Positions 8,835 to 19,380 of a DNA stretch of 64,000 nucleotides are shown here, piece by piece. This DNA comes from an uncultured beta proteobacterium (GTDB taxonomy: Bacteria > Pseudomonadota > Gammaproteobacteria > Burkholderiales > SG8-41). The notes below the pieces were generated by a model. The model was not told where the DNA came from. It made no database searches and was given only the letters and a program-made list of their open reading frames with translations. The translations under genes were made by a program, and so were the position numbers. Every line of letters starts with the position of its first letter. The stretch's first letter is position 1. Location of the stretch: positions 26,938 through 90,937 of the forward strand of contig CAVOUI010000014.1 of assembly GCA_963699525.1 (NCBI GenBank), written 5' to 3'.

Positions 8835-11160
8835 CGTTCTCTCCCACCACCCCGTCACTTCGTGACACCCCTCCTCGGGCAGGAGGGGTGGAAGCGCGGC
8901 GGATCGCCGCCCAGAGCCGGGCGGGCGTGAGCGGCATGTCGACGTGGCGGATCCCCAGCGGCCGTAACGCATCCATTGCCGCGTTGACCAGCGCGGGCAG
9001 CGAGCCGGTGCAACCCGCCTCGCCCACGCCTTTCGCGCCAAGTGCGTTGTTGGGCGTGGGCACCGGGTAGTCGAATACCCCGACGTCGCGCATCCAGCCG
9101 GCGCGCGGCATGACGTAGTCCAGGAAGCTTGCGGTCAGCAGCTGCGCGGTGGCGGCATCATAGACCGCATGCTCGCCGAAGGCCTGGCCCGCTCCCTGCA
9201 CGACGCCGCCCTGCACCTGGCCTTCCACGAGCGTGTGATTCACGACGTTTCCGAGATCGTCCACCGCGGTGTAGCGCTCGATCGACACGGCGCCGGTCTC
9301 CGGATCGATCTCGACCTCGGCGATGTGGCAGCCGTTCGGGTAGGTCGCGCCAAAGGTGCCCTCGGCGATGGTGTCGAGCGGATGCGGGCGCGGGCCGGCG
9401 AGCGCGCGCGCAAGCTCGATGAAGCCCACCGAGCGGCGCCCGGAGCGGAATCTCCCCCCGGAATAGGCGAGCGCACTCTCCGGCACCTTGAGTTTCGCGG
9501 CGGCATGGGGACGCGCGAGCCCGATCAGCTTCTCGCCGAGCACGCGAAACGCACTGCCGGTGCCGAGCGCCCCGCGCGAGCCGCCGGTGGCGTTGCCGAT
9601 GAGGTCGGCGGTCGGCGGCGTAGGCTGAAAGCGGACGTGTTGGGTGTCGATGCCGAGCGCCCCTGCGACGATTTCCGGGAACACCGTTTCGTGGCCCTGC
9701 CCCGAGGATTGCGTGATGGCGAAGAGCGTCATGTTGCCGTTGCGGTCGAATTCCACCGCCACCTGGTCCTTCGGGACCGCGCCGGCCCCGCCCGCTTCGA
9801 GATAGGTGGCGATGCCGATGCCGCGGAGCTTGCCGGCCCGCTTCGCTACGGCGCGCCGCGCCGGAAAGCCCGACCAGCCAGCGCGCTTGAGCGCGTCGTC
9901 CATCACGCCTTCGAAGTCGCCGGAATCGTAGGTGCCCGCATTCGGCGTCTTGTACGGCATCGCCGCTTTCGGAATGAGGTTCTTCCGCCGCAGCTCAACC
10001 GGGTCGAAGCCGTGCTCGGTCGCCGCGTAGTCCACCAGCCGCTCGATGGCGTAGGCGATGTCGGGGCGTCCGGCACCGCGGTAGGCGGATACCGGCACGG
10101 TGTTGGTGTAGGCGAGCCGCGTGCGGGCGTAGAGGGCGGCAACGCGGTAGACCCCGCCCATGGTGATGGTCAGGTTGCGCGTGGCGATGAAGGTCCCGAA
10201 AGTCCCCCCGTAGGCCCCAAGATCGGCGCGGTCGTCGAAGCGGATGGCAAGGAACATTCCGTCCGCATCGAGCGCGATCTCACCGGTCAGCGAGATCGCG
10301 CGGCCGTGGAAATCGCTCATGAAGACTTCGCTCCGCGTGCCCACCCATTTCACGGGGCGCCCAAGCCGGCGCGCGGCGATCATCGCCGCGAAGTACTCCG
10401 GGTAGGCCGCGCCATGCACGCCGAAGCTTCCCCCGACGTCCTGGGCAACCAGGACGAGGCGGTCCTTGTCGAGCCCGGTGACCTGCATGATCTGGCCGCG
10501 CATGCTGCCGGCGCCCTGCATCGGCGCGTGGACCGTGTAGCGCCCAGTCGAAGGGTCGTACTCCACGAGGCACGCGCGCGGCTCGAGCATGTTGCCGACC
10601 AGGCGCTGGCTCTCCATGGTGATCCGGCTCGCGTACTTCGCGCGCGCGAACGCGGCCGCGACCGCTTGCTCGTCGCCTGACTCGTATTCGAAGGCGAGGT
10701 TGCCGGGGACGTCCTCGTGGAGCTGCGGCGCGCCGGCTGCGACCGCCGCGTCGAAGCTCGCCACGGCCGGCAGATCCCGGTACTCGATATCGATCAGCTC
10801 TCGGGCGTCATCCGCGATCGCCGAGCCGTCCGCGACGACCATCGCGACCGGCTCCCCGACGAAGCGCACGCGCCCCATCGCGAGCACCGGGTGGTGAGGT
10901 TTCCTGACCTGCTGGCCGCCCTTGCCCGGATACGTGACGATGTTGGGCAGCGACTTGAATCCCGCCGCGCGCGCGTCCTCGCCGGTGAGCACAGCGTGAA
11001 CTCCGGGCAGGGCCAGCGCGCGGGTCGCATCGAGACGAACGATCTGCGCATGCGCCCGGTCGGCTCTGAGGAACGCCGCGTGCAGCTGGCCCTCGAGGTT
11101 CCAGTCCGCGGTGTAGCAGCCAGCCCCGGTCACGAGCCGGGCATCCTCCCTGCGCATCAT
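8821..11160 (-). CDS. Xanthine dehydrogenase-family molybdopterin-binding large subunit (form II CoxL-like)
   Basis: [26 protein letters not shown] loop, [21 protein letters not shown]; alternative start 11199. Confidence 0.92.
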   Translation of the reverse strand: MMRREDARLVTGAGCYTADWNLEGQLHAAFLRADRAHAQIVRLDATRALALPGVHAVLTGEDARAAGFKSLPNIVTYPGKGGQQVRKPHHPVLAMGRVRFVGEPVAMVVADGSAIADDARELIDIEYRDLPAVASFDAAVAAGAPQLHEDVPGNLAFEYESGDEQAVAAAFARAKYASRITMESQRLVGNMLEPRACLVEYDPSTGRYTVHAPMQGAGSMRGQIMQVTGLDKDRLVLVAQDVGGSFGVHGAAYPEYFAAMIAARRLGRPVKWVGTRSEVFMSDFHGRAISLTGEIALDADGMFLAIRFDDRADLGAYGGTFGTFIATRNLTITMGGVYRVAALYARTRLAYTNTVPVSAYRGAGRPDIAYAIERLVDYAATEHGFDPVELRRKNLIPKAAMPYKTPNAGTYDSGDFEGVMDDALKRAGWSGFPARRAVAKRAGKLRGIGIATYLEAGGAGAVPKDQVAVEFDRNGNMTLFAITQSSGQGHETVFPEIVAGALGIDTQHVRFQPTPPTADLIGNATGGSRGALGTGSAFRVLGEKLIGLARPHAAAKLKVPESALAYSGGRFRSGRRSVGFIELARALAGPRPHPLDTIAEGTFGATYPNGCHIAEVEIDPETGAVSIERYTAVDDLGNVVNHTLVEGQVQGGVVQGAGQAFGEHAVYDAATAQLLTASFLDYVMPRAGWMRDVGVFDYPVPTPNNALGAKGVGEAGCTGSLPALVNAAMDALRPLGIRHVDMPLTPARLWAAIRRASTPPARGGVSRSDGVVGENVRPT
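8841..8888. repeat. REP-like double-hairpin element, family A copy 1
   Basis: CTCCCACCACCCC-GTCAC ttc GTGAC-ACCCCTCCT cgggc AGGAGGGG; second copy at 28131-28180. Confidence 0.8.
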
Positions 11161-11249
11161 GTCATTTTCCAGTTCGTGGACGGGCCCGCATTTTCCCATA
11201 CTCTAGTAAACTCGCCACTTTCCAATCGAGGACACCGTCAGGGGGTGCG

Positions 11250-12188
11250 ATGAAGATTCTGTTCTTCGACGAATTCAAGCTCGGCGTGCTGCGGGGCGAC
11301 ACCGTGGTGGACGTGTCGAAGCTGGTCGCCGACATTCCGCATGCTGGACCGCAGGGCCTCATCCGCGGATTGATCGAGCGCTTCCCGAAATACAAGGCCA
11401 AGCTCGCAAAGGCAGCCGCCACCGGCAAGGGCGTGCCGCTCTCCAAGGTCAGGATCCGGCCGCCGCTGCCCAAGCCGCACAACATCGACTGCATGGCGGT
11501 GAACTACATGGAGGACGGAACCCGCACCGAGCCCGCGCCGATCAACGCCTTTCACAAGTCCCCGAGCGGAGTGATCGGTGACGGCGACACCATGGTGCTG
11601 CCCGATGCGCCGGCCACTATTTTCGAGGGCGAGGCGGAGATGGCCCTCGTCATCGGCAAGCGGGCAACGCGCGTCAAGGCGGCGGACGCCATGAAGCACG
11701 TCTTCGGCTACCTCAACTTCATCGACGGGTCCGCCCGCGGGCTGCCGCCGGCCGGCAACACCTTCTACCAGATGAAATCGCGCGACACCTTCGCGCCGAT
11801 GGGGCCCTATATCGTCACCGCGGACGAGATCCGTGATGTCAACAATTTGCAGATCCGCCTGTGGGTGAACGGGGTGCTCAAGCAGAACTTCAATACCAGC
11901 GACATGGCGCACAAGATCCCGCGCTGCATCGAGTGGGTCACCTCCATTCACACGCTGGGGCCGGGCGATGTGCTCGCCACCGGGACCAACCACCGCGGGC
12001 TCTCCGCGTTCCAGGATGGCGACAAGATCGAGCTCGAGACGGAGGGGCTCGGGCGCCTTCACATCAAGGTGCGCGATGAACTGAAACGCACCTGGGGGCG
12101 CGAGACGCGCCTCGATCGCCAGGAGAAGAAGCTCGAAGGGCAGACGCCGCAGCTGACCGGCAAGTACGCGCAGGTCGGCAAGCCCTGA
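11250..12188 (+). CDS. Fumarylacetoacetate hydrolase family protein
   Basis: AVNY..FHKSPSGVIG..FEGEAEMALVIGK..KSRDTFAPMGP..GDVLATGT. Confidence 0.92.
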   Translation: MKILFFDEFKLGVLRGDTVVDVSKLVADIPHAGPQGLIRGLIERFPKYKAKLAKAAATGKGVPLSKVRIRPPLPKPHNIDCMAVNYMEDGTRTEPAPINAFHKSPSGVIGDGDTMVLPDAPATIFEGEAEMALVIGKRATRVKAADAMKHVFGYLNFIDGSARGLPPAGNTFYQMKSRDTFAPMGPYIVTADEIRDVNNLQIRLWVNGVLKQNFNTSDMAHKIPRCIEWVTSIHTLGPGDVLATGTNHRGLSAFQDGDKIELETEGLGRLHIKVRDELKRTWGRETRLDRQEKKLEGQTPQLTGKYAQVGKP

Positions 12189-12225
12189 GAACGGAGAGAA
12201 CGAGTAACGAGAAACAGGAGATACC

Positions 12226-12984
12226 GTGCTGGATCGAGGACTCTGGATATCCTGGTATGGCCTGCCTGATGACAGGCGCGACGCTTACCTCGCCTGGCTC
12301 CACCGCAAGTTCATACCGAAAATGCTGAGGAAACCGGGCGTATTGTGGGCCGCGCATTACGCCGCGCAAGCGCAGCCCTTGCACTCGGGCGGCAAGCCGC
12401 GCCTGCGCCATACCGACGATCCATCGGTTCCGACGGGAAACGGCTACATCCTCATCTTCGGCGGCACCTCGGCGCATGCGTTCGCGAACCTCACCCGGCG
12501 CAAGCTCGAGCCGGCGCTGACACCGGAAGACCGCGGGATGCTTGCGCTGCGCGTTGGCGAGCGCGTCAACATCGTGACCGAGGAAGCGCGCGCGGCGGGC
12601 CCGGCGGCGAAGCGGCGCGAAGGCAAATACACGCTTGCCCCTTGCATCCAGCTCGGGAGCTTCAACGCCGGCTCCGCGGACGAGGACGAGATCCTCGACT
12701 GGTACGCCAACTGGCGGCTGCCCTCGATGGCGAAGCTGCCGGGGTGCCTGGGCATCCGGAAGCTCAACTCCGTCTCGGGCTGGGCGAAGCACGCGGTGCT
12801 CTACGAGTTCGAATCGCTCGCGGCGCGCGACGAGCATTTTCCACTCCACGAGAACGCGCGTCCGGAGATGGCGGCGTGGACCGATACGCTGGTGCGCAAG
12901 CTCGTGCACGCCCCGGGCTCGCCCAACGTGGCGACGCGCCTGTGGCCGCCGGTGAAGACGGCCGCGCGCAAGCGGAAGCGCTGA
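12226..12984 (+). CDS. Hypothetical protein with two EthD/DUF4286-like dimeric alpha-beta barrel halves
   Basis: Internal duplication: YLAWLHRKFIP.ML..PGVLWA and ILDWYANWRLP.MA.LPGCLG. Confidence 0.6.
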   Translation: MLDRGLWISWYGLPDDRRDAYLAWLHRKFIPKMLRKPGVLWAAHYAAQAQPLHSGGKPRLRHTDDPSVPTGNGYILIFGGTSAHAFANLTRRKLEPALTPEDRGMLALRVGERVNIVTEEARAAGPAAKRREGKYTLAPCIQLGSFNAGSADEDEILDWYANWRLPSMAKLPGCLGIRKLNSVSGWAKHAVLYEFESLAARDEHFPLHENARPEMAAWTDTLVRKLVHAPGSPNVATRLWPPVKTAARKRKR

Positions 12985-12993
12985 CAACAAGAT

Positions 12994-13029
12994 CCCCTCC
13001 CCCCGAGGGGGAGGGCTAGGGTGGGGGTG
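12994..13029. repeat. REP-like palindromic element (CCCTCCCC..GGGGAGGG type)
   Basis: CCCCTCCCCC cga GGGGGAGGG ctagg GTGGGGG in an intergenic gap; architecture resembles family A. Confidence 0.55.
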
Positions 13030-13032
13030 ACA

Positions 13033-13428
13033 ATGGAGCACGCCAAGCGCATGAAGAAGGGCTTCGAGGTCCTGCGCAAGATGGGCCGACTCGGGACCAT
13101 GATGAACCAGAAGGAGCTCTATCCCGAGCTCTACGATCTCTCGGTCGGCTACCTGTTCGGCGAGATCTGGACGCGCCCGCATTTGAGCATACGCGACCGC
13201 GAGTTGATCACCCTCGCCTCCAACATCGCGCTCGCGCGCCCCGCCGGCACGCACTCCCACTACCGCAGCGCGAAGCACCTCGGCTTCACCAAGGAGGAGA
13301 TCATGGAGGTCATCATCCACGTGGGGCACTACGCCGGCTGGCCCGCGATCGCGCACGCGATCCTCCAGTACGAAGAGGTGCTGAACGAGGACGCCGCGAA
13401 GGCGAAGAAGAGCAAGAAGCGCAAGTAG
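13033..13428 (+). CDS. Carboxymuconolactone decarboxylase / AhpD family protein
   Basis: LFGEIWTRPHLSIRDRELITLA...EEIMEVIIHVGHYAGWP. Confidence 0.88.
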   Translation: MEHAKRMKKGFEVLRKMGRLGTMMNQKELYPELYDLSVGYLFGEIWTRPHLSIRDRELITLASNIALARPAGTHSHYRSAKHLGFTKEEIMEVIIHVGHYAGWPAIAHAILQYEEVLNEDAAKAKKSKKRK

Positions 13429-13481
13429 GAAAGGAAACCCCGACTCCAGCCGCATCCAACCCACCCACACCAGGAGCCGCC

Positions 13482-13784
13482 ATGATTCTCGAAGTCGCCA
13501 TCTTGCACATCAAGCCGGAGGAAATCGCGAAGTTCGAGGCCGTGTTCCCGAAGGTCGAGCCCATCTTCAGGAGCGTCAAGGGCTACATCTCGCACGAGCT
13601 GCAGCGCTGCATCGAGACCAAGGGGCGCTACCATTTCCTGATCCGCTGGGAGACCGTCGAGTCGCACACGGTCAACTTCCGCCAGTCGCCGAAGTTCCAG
13701 GAGTTCCGCGGCCTGGTCGGGGGTTTCTTCTCCCAGCCGCCGGTCGCCGAGCATTTCGAGCGCGTGACCAACAGCAAGCTCTAA
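13482..13784 (+). CDS. Antibiotic biosynthesis monooxygenase (ABM) family protein
   Basis: MILEVA.L.IKP...FE..F...GYISHELQRCIE...IRWETVESH...FR.S. Confidence 0.88.
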   Translation: MILEVAILHIKPEEIAKFEAVFPKVEPIFRSVKGYISHELQRCIETKGRYHFLIRWETVESHTVNFRQSPKFQEFRGLVGGFFSQPPVAEHFERVTNSKL

Positions 13785-13801
13785 CGGAGGTTGAAACACC
13801 C

Positions 13802-13828
13802 CGTCACTCCCGCGGAGGCGGGAGTCCA
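13802..13828. repeat. REP-like palindrome, family B (single)
   Basis: CGTCACTCCCGCGGAGGCGGGAGTCCA, matching the doublet at 24822-24892. Confidence 0.75.
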
Positions 13829-13855
13829 GTGAATCACCCGTTGCGTAGGGGGCAT

Positions 13856-14821
13856 ATGGATAGACATGCGTGGGCGTCGGGTCGCTGCCGGCCTCTGTGC
13901 TTCTCCGCCTTTGCGGCAGCGCAGACCTACCCGACGCGGGCGGTCCGGCTGATCGCGCATTCCGCGCCGGGCGGCACGAGCGACATCCTCGGACGCATCG
14001 TCGCCCAGAAGCTGACCGAGGCGCTCGGCCAGCAAGTGGTCGTCGAAAACCGGGCGGGCGCGAGCGGCATCATCGGCGTCGACGTCGCGGCGAAATCGGC
14101 GCCGGACGGCTACACGCTGCTGATCACGCAGACCTCGATCGCGATCAACCCGAGCATGTTCGCGAAGCTCCCGTACAACGCCCTGCGCGATTTCGCGCCG
14201 ATCACGCAGCTCGTCGCGGCCCCGAACCTTCTGGTCGTCCATCCGTCGGTGCCGGTGACGAGCGTGAAGGAATTCATCGCGCTCGCGAAGGCGAAGCCGG
14301 GCCTCCTCCTCAACGGCTCGCCGGGGCAGGGCACGAGCCCCCACCTGTCGGCCGAGCTGTTCAAGATCATGACCGGAATCCAGCTCGACCACGCGCAGTT
14401 CAAGGGCGCCGGCATGGCGATCGTGAGCCTGCTCTCGGGCGAGGTCTCGGTCATGTTCACCACGCCCCCCACCGCGATGGCGTACCTCAAGGCAGGCCGG
14501 CTGCGTCCGCTCGGGCTGACCACCCTGACCCGCATCGAGGCGCTGCCGGACGTTCCCACCATTGCCGAGGCGGGCGTTCCCGGCTATGAGTCCGTGCAAT
14601 GGTTCGGCATGCTGGTACCAGCGGGCACGCCGCGTCCAATCATCGACCGGCTGCACCAGGAGATCGCCCGCTCCCTGCGCGCGCCGGACATGAGGGGGCG
14701 CCTGACATCCCTCGGCCTCACCGCGGTCGGCAGCACGCCGGAAGAATTTGGCGCCTACATGAGGTCGGAGACGGAGAAGTGGGCGAAGGTGATCAAGACC
14801 ATGGGCATCAAACCTGGGTGA
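13856..14821 (+). CDS. Bug/TctC tripartite tricarboxylate transporter substrate-binding protein
   Basis: YPTRAVRLI..SAPGGTSD..R, ENRAGASG, PDGYTLL, PDVPTIAEAG; signal-peptide region probably has an indel, start approximate. Confidence 0.92.
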   Translation: MDRHAWASGRCRPLCFSAFAAAQTYPTRAVRLIAHSAPGGTSDILGRIVAQKLTEALGQQVVVENRAGASGIIGVDVAAKSAPDGYTLLITQTSIAINPSMFAKLPYNALRDFAPITQLVAAPNLLVVHPSVPVTSVKEFIALAKAKPGLLLNGSPGQGTSPHLSAELFKIMTGIQLDHAQFKGAGMAIVSLLSGEVSVMFTTPPTAMAYLKAGRLRPLGLTTLTRIEALPDVPTIAEAGVPGYESVQWFGMLVPAGTPRPIIDRLHQEIARSLRAPDMRGRLTSLGLTAVGSTPEEFGAYMRSETEKWAKVIKTMGIKPG

Positions 14822-15321
14822 TGGACCCCTTTGCGCGTGATTTGATGCCGCACGCCGAACGCGCGGCGGCGCTGCTGAAGCGGCGGAAGGAGACGGTCGC
14901 GGTCGCGGAATCGTCCTCCGCTGGACTCATTTCGGCGGCACTGCTCGCGGTGCCGGGCGCATCGGCCTATTTCATCGGGGGCGGCGTGCATTACACGCGC
15001 CAATCCATTCTGTCGCTGGGCGGCACGGGGGAGGCGATGTTCGCCGGAATGCGCGGAGCGACCGAGGGGTGGGCGCTGCTCATCGCGCGCACCCAGCGCA
15101 GCCGCTGCTCGGCGACGTGGGGCGTGGGCGAGAGCGGTGCGGCGGGACCCACCGGCAACCGCTACGGCGATCCCCCCGGGCACACCTGCCTCGCCGTTAC
15201 CGGGCCCGTGGAACGCTCTTTCACCATGAAAACCGGCAGGAGCGACCGGTACGCCAACATGTACGCATTTGCGGCAGCCGGACTGAAGCTGCTGGTCGAG
15301 GTCCTTCAAGATCAGGGATGA
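14821..15321 (+). CDS. CinA/PncC C-terminal domain protein (NMN deamidase-like)
   Basis: TVAVAESSSAGLISAALLAVPGASAYFIGG..Y and GVGESGAAGPTG. Confidence 0.88.
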   Translation: MDPFARDLMPHAERAAALLKRRKETVAVAESSSAGLISAALLAVPGASAYFIGGGVHYTRQSILSLGGTGEAMFAGMRGATEGWALLIARTQRSRCSATWGVGESGAAGPTGNRYGDPPGHTCLAVTGPVERSFTMKTGRSDRYANMYAFAAAGLKLLVEVLQDQG

Positions 15322-15364
15322 GGGCACAACCTGTTCATCCCGGCTACAAACGTTAGGAGATGCG

Positions 15365-15937
15365 ATGGCAACGACGGTAAGACGCGTGGTCACGGGCCAC
15401 GACAAGCAGGGCAAGGCGATCGTCATTTCGGACGGCCCAGTGCCGGTGCATGGCAATCCGTTGCGCCCCGGGCAGCGCTCGCACGAGGTGTGGAAGACGA
15501 GCGCCATGCCGATCCCGATCGCGCGCGAGGAACCCGATCCCGTCACCGGGAAGCGGCAGCTGCACCCGGCACCGCACGGAACGATGTTCCGCATTTCCGA
15601 GGTCCCGCCGGAGTCCGACGCCATCCGCAAGATGACTCCGGAGCAGGCGCGCGAGGCGTTCCGCGCGAGCGGGGCGGAAGAGGCTTCGACCTGGGGGCGC
15701 GGCGGCCGCCATCCGCTGATGCACCGCACCGAGACCGTGGACTACGCGGTGGTGCTCGACGGCGAGATCACGCTGATACTCGATGAAGGCGAGGTGAACC
15801 TCAGGACGGGTGACGTCGTGATCCAGCGCGGCACCAGCCATGCCTGGAGCAACCGTTCCGGAAAGGTCACGAAGATGCTGTACGTGCTGATCGACGGGCA
15901 CTTCGATCCGGCGCTCGCGGCGCAATTTCCGAAGTAA
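15365..15937 (+). CDS. Cupin-domain protein
   Basis: RRVVTGHD..GKA...HPLMHRTETVDYAVVLDGEITL..GDVVIQRGTSHAWSNRS. Confidence 0.88.
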   Translation: MATTVRRVVTGHDKQGKAIVISDGPVPVHGNPLRPGQRSHEVWKTSAMPIPIAREEPDPVTGKRQLHPAPHGTMFRISEVPPESDAIRKMTPEQAREAFRASGAEEASTWGRGGRHPLMHRTETVDYAVVLDGEITLILDEGEVNLRTGDVVIQRGTSHAWSNRSGKVTKMLYVLIDGHFDPALAAQFPK

Positions 15938-15949
15938 CCTGCACGGGAG

Positions 15950-16946
15950 ATGAGCATGAAGAGGACCGGTCCTGCCTGGATTGTCGGAGCCGCGCTCATG
16001 CTGGCCGCGCAAGTCGGGCTGGCGCAAACCCCTTCGACGGGCTCAGGGCAGGCCTATCCCGCGCGGCCGATCCGCATCGTCGTGCCGTTCCCGCCGGGCG
16101 GCGCATCGGACGTGACGGCGCGCATGCTCGCCGACAAGTTCGCTTCGTCCTGGGGCGCGAACGTCGTGGTGGACAACCGCACCGGGGCATCCGGCATCAT
16201 CGGCACCGACATCGTGGCGAAGGCCGCGCCCGACGGCTACACGCTCGGCTTCGTGGCGCTCTCCTTTGCGATCAACCCCAGCATCCACAAGCTGCCGTAC
16301 GACTCCAGCAAGGACTTCACGTTCATCACGGTCGTCGCTTCCAACCCCCTCGCGCTCGTCGTCAATCCGAACGTCCCCGCCCAGTCGGTGAAGGAGCTGG
16401 TCGATCTCGCCAAAGCGAAGCCGGACGCGCTGTCCTTCGCCTCCAGCGGCACGGGCACATCGCCCCACATGTCGGCGGAGCTCTTCAAGCTCCTTGCGGG
16501 CGTGAAGATCCTGCACGTTCCCTACAAGGGCAGCACGGCAGCGCACCCCGACCTCATCGGCGGACGGGTGAGCATGATGTTCGACCCCGTCGCCGCGATC
16601 CTGCCGCACATCAAGTCGGGGCGCGTGCGCGCCCTCGGCGTCACCTCGAAGCATCGTTCCGCCGAGCTGCCGGACGTGCCGCCGATCGCCGACACCGTGC
16701 CGGGCTATGAATCCACTTCGTGGGTGCTGATCATGGGGCCGGCGAAGATTCCCGCCTCGATCTCGAACCGCCTGCATCAGGAAACGGTGCGCGCGCTGGC
16801 GTTTCCCGGACGTCAAGGAGCGGCTGGCGCGCATGGGCTCCGATATCGTCGGCAGCAGCCCGGAGGAAGCGCGCAAGTTCGTCCGCGCCGAGCTGGAGAA
16901 GTGGGCGAAGACCGTCAAGGCCGCGGGAATCACGAGCGGCCAGTAG
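15950..16946 (+). CDS. Bug/TctC substrate-binding protein (apparent frameshift near 16805)
   Basis: Bug motifs throughout; after RAL the Bug C-terminus (PDVKERL..SSPEE...EKWAKTVKAAGI) continues in another frame to TAG at 16946. Confidence 0.9.
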
Positions 16947-16948
16947 GT

Positions 16949-17695
16949 TTATAAACGCGTGCCGCCCGGCAGCGCGCGGAAGATCACTTCCATGATCGAG
17001 GTTTCCGTGACGCTCCCGTCGGCTTCCTTGCGGAACAGGATCAGCTGCTGGGGGCTCGTGGCGGGGCCGACCGGGGCGATCAGGCGACCGCCGGGCTTCA
17101 ACTGCTCGAGCAGGGCGGATGACACGTCCGGTATCGCCATCCGCACCAGGATCGCGTCGTAGGGCGCCCCCGGGCGCCAGCCGTAGTAGCCGTCGGCGAC
17201 GTTGACCTTGACCCTGCCGTAGCCCAGCCGCTCAAGGGTCTTCTTCGCCGCATCGGCGACCTTCGCGTGGAACTCGACGCTCGAGACCTCGGGCGTCATC
17301 TCCGCCAGGATCGCCGTGTGATAGCCGCCGCCGACCCCGACCTCCAGCACCTTCTGGCCGCGCTCGATTTTCAGGAGATCGGTCATGATCGCGACCAGCG
17401 ACGGCTGCGAGATCGTGGCGTCGGGGCCGACCGGGAGCGGCCGGTCGAGATAGGCGTAGGGACGGAGCGGGGGCGGCGCGAACTCGTGGCGCGGCACCTT
17501 GGCCATGGCCGCGATCACGCGCGGATCGATCGGCCCCGCACCGTTCTTCTGGCGCATGTGGTTCACGCCCTGCTCGATCGCATCGGCGAGCACGCGCCGC
17601 ATCTCGGCATAGTCGGCGGCCTCGTCCGCGAGGGCGCCGGCCGCCGCGGCGAGCGCGAGGCACGCGACGAGCGAACGCAATGGGCGGCTGCGCAT
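16949..17695 (-). CDS. pcm: Protein-L-isoaspartate O-methyltransferase with N-terminal signal-like peptide
   Basis: AMAKVPRHEF, AY.DRPLP, TISQP, VLEVG.G.GY, DGYYGW...APYDAI, LLEQLKPGGRLIAPVG. Confidence 0.9.
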   Translation of the reverse strand: MRSRPLRSLVACLALAAAAGALADEAADYAEMRRVLADAIEQGVNHMRQKNGAGPIDPRVIAAMAKVPRHEFAPPPLRPYAYLDRPLPVGPDATISQPSLVAIMTDLLKIERGQKVLEVGVGGGYHTAILAEMTPEVSSVEFHAKVADAAKKTLERLGYGRVKVNVADGYYGWRPGAPYDAILVRMAIPDVSSALLEQLKPGGRLIAPVGPATSPQQLILFRKEADGSVTETSIMEVIFRALPGGTRL

Positions 17696-17909
17696 GTTGG
17701 CGCCTATTGTTGAGATAGGCTCCTCATGATGACAGTGTCGGGATACGGCGACAAGCGCGGCCGGCGCGCGGTCGCGATTATTCGGGACAAATGCGTCGCG
17801 CTGTTTCCGGATTCGAGACATATGTCCTCAAGTGCTCGATTTTGTCCGGCAATTTTTTCAGGCGTGATCTATCGTACCCGGCGCAGTTGGCGAGTCCCAG
17901 GAGGTTCCC

Positions 17910-19368
17910 ATGTTGGACATGCAGAACTGGATGATCTGGCCGGACAACACCGCGCTGTCGGTGTTGATCCTTGTGCTCATCGCGATGATCGGCCTTTATG
18001 CCGCGCGCATGCCCGCGCACGGCATCATCCGCGCCGCGGGCCATGCGGCTGCCGGCGCCCTGCGTCTCGGGGCGCGCTGGCTCGCCGCCGCGGCGGCGGA
18101 GATGAAGGAGCGCAACAAGGCCGTCCTGCTCTCGCAGGGCCGCCGCGAGGTGGGCCAGCGCATCGAGCGCGAGTTCGAGCGCGTCGGCGTCCTGGTGACG
18201 CGCGACTTGCAGGGCTACCCGGTCCTGCAGCGCAAGCTCCTCGAGGCGATCACGCGGATCGAGGAAGACTACAAGAAATGCGGCGAGGTGCCGCCGCCCC
18301 CGCCCGACTGGGTCGAAGCCGTCGCCGCGGTCGCGCAGATCAAGAGCGGCGGCGGGGAAGTGGTGCAGAAGATCCTCGACGAGATCCGCCAGTCGGTCGA
18401 GCGCATCCACGACAAGTCCATCAGCGAATACCGCCGCGCCTTCGAGGAGCGGCACGACATTCTCGAGGGGTGCCTCCCGTTCTGGCGCTCGATCGAGAAG
18501 ACGCTGAAACTGGTCGACAAGAAGATGTCGGACCTCGCGGACAACGCGGCGACCGTGGACGCGCAGATGAAGAAATACCGGCAAATCGCCTCCAAGACCG
18601 ACGAGGCGCAGTCGATCCTGTCGAACTCCGCCTTCACGCAGTTCAACATCGCCGTGATCGTCCTCACGGTGGCGCTGGGCGGCGCGTTCATCAACTTCAA
18701 GCTGATCGCGCTGCCGATGTCGGAAATGGTCGGCGCCGGCGACTACCTCACCGCGTCGCTGCGCACCTCGGAAGTGGCCGCGCTCGTCATCATCCTCGTC
18801 GAGGCGTCGATGGGACTGTTCCTGATGGAGGCGCTGCGCATCACGCACCTCTTCCCGCGCATCGCCAACCTGAGCGACCGCGCGCGGCGCCGCATGGTCT
18901 GGATCTCGCTCGTGCTGCTGGTGACGCTCGCCGGCATCGAGGCGGCCCTGGCGCTGATGCGCGACATGCTGATCGCCGACAAGCAGGCGCTGCTGCAGTC
19001 GCTCGCCACGGCGCCGGCGGCGGCGGCGACCGACGGCTGGGTGGGGCGCATCCCGACGGCCGGCCAGATGCTGCTCGGCTTCATCCTGCCGTTCGCGCTC
19101 GCCTTCGTGGCGGTCCCGCTCGAATCGTTCATCCACTCGGCGCGGAGCATCGGAGGGTCGCTGTTTGCCGACCTGGTCCAGATTCTGGGATTCGTGCTGC
19201 GCGTCCTCGCGAATCTCGCGCGGCACACGACCCGCCTGCTGCTGCACTTCTACGATCTCCTGGTGGTGCTGCCGCTGATGGTCGAGCACCTGGTGAAGTC
19301 ATTTCGCGGCGGCGGCAACGGCGGTGAATCCGCGCGCGCTCGATTCCACCGGCGAATTCAAGTCCTGA
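17910..19368 (+). CDS. Uncharacterised multi-pass membrane protein with a large helical soluble region (indel near the 3' end)
   Basis: N-terminal TM, ~200-aa charged helical segment, 4-5 further TMs; likely true stop is TGA at 19366-19368, just before the GAGGAG RBS of the next gene. Confidence 0.75.
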
Positions 19369-19380
19369 GAGGAGACGGCC

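Noticed and set aside
8821-11160. Aerobic CO dehydrogenase (CO oxidation)
   Set aside because: Lacks the form I AYxCSFR motif and the coxMS and accessory genes.
12187-12215. GAGAACG-like short repeats after the FAH gene
   Set aside because: Three to four degenerate units at one locus; too weak to call.
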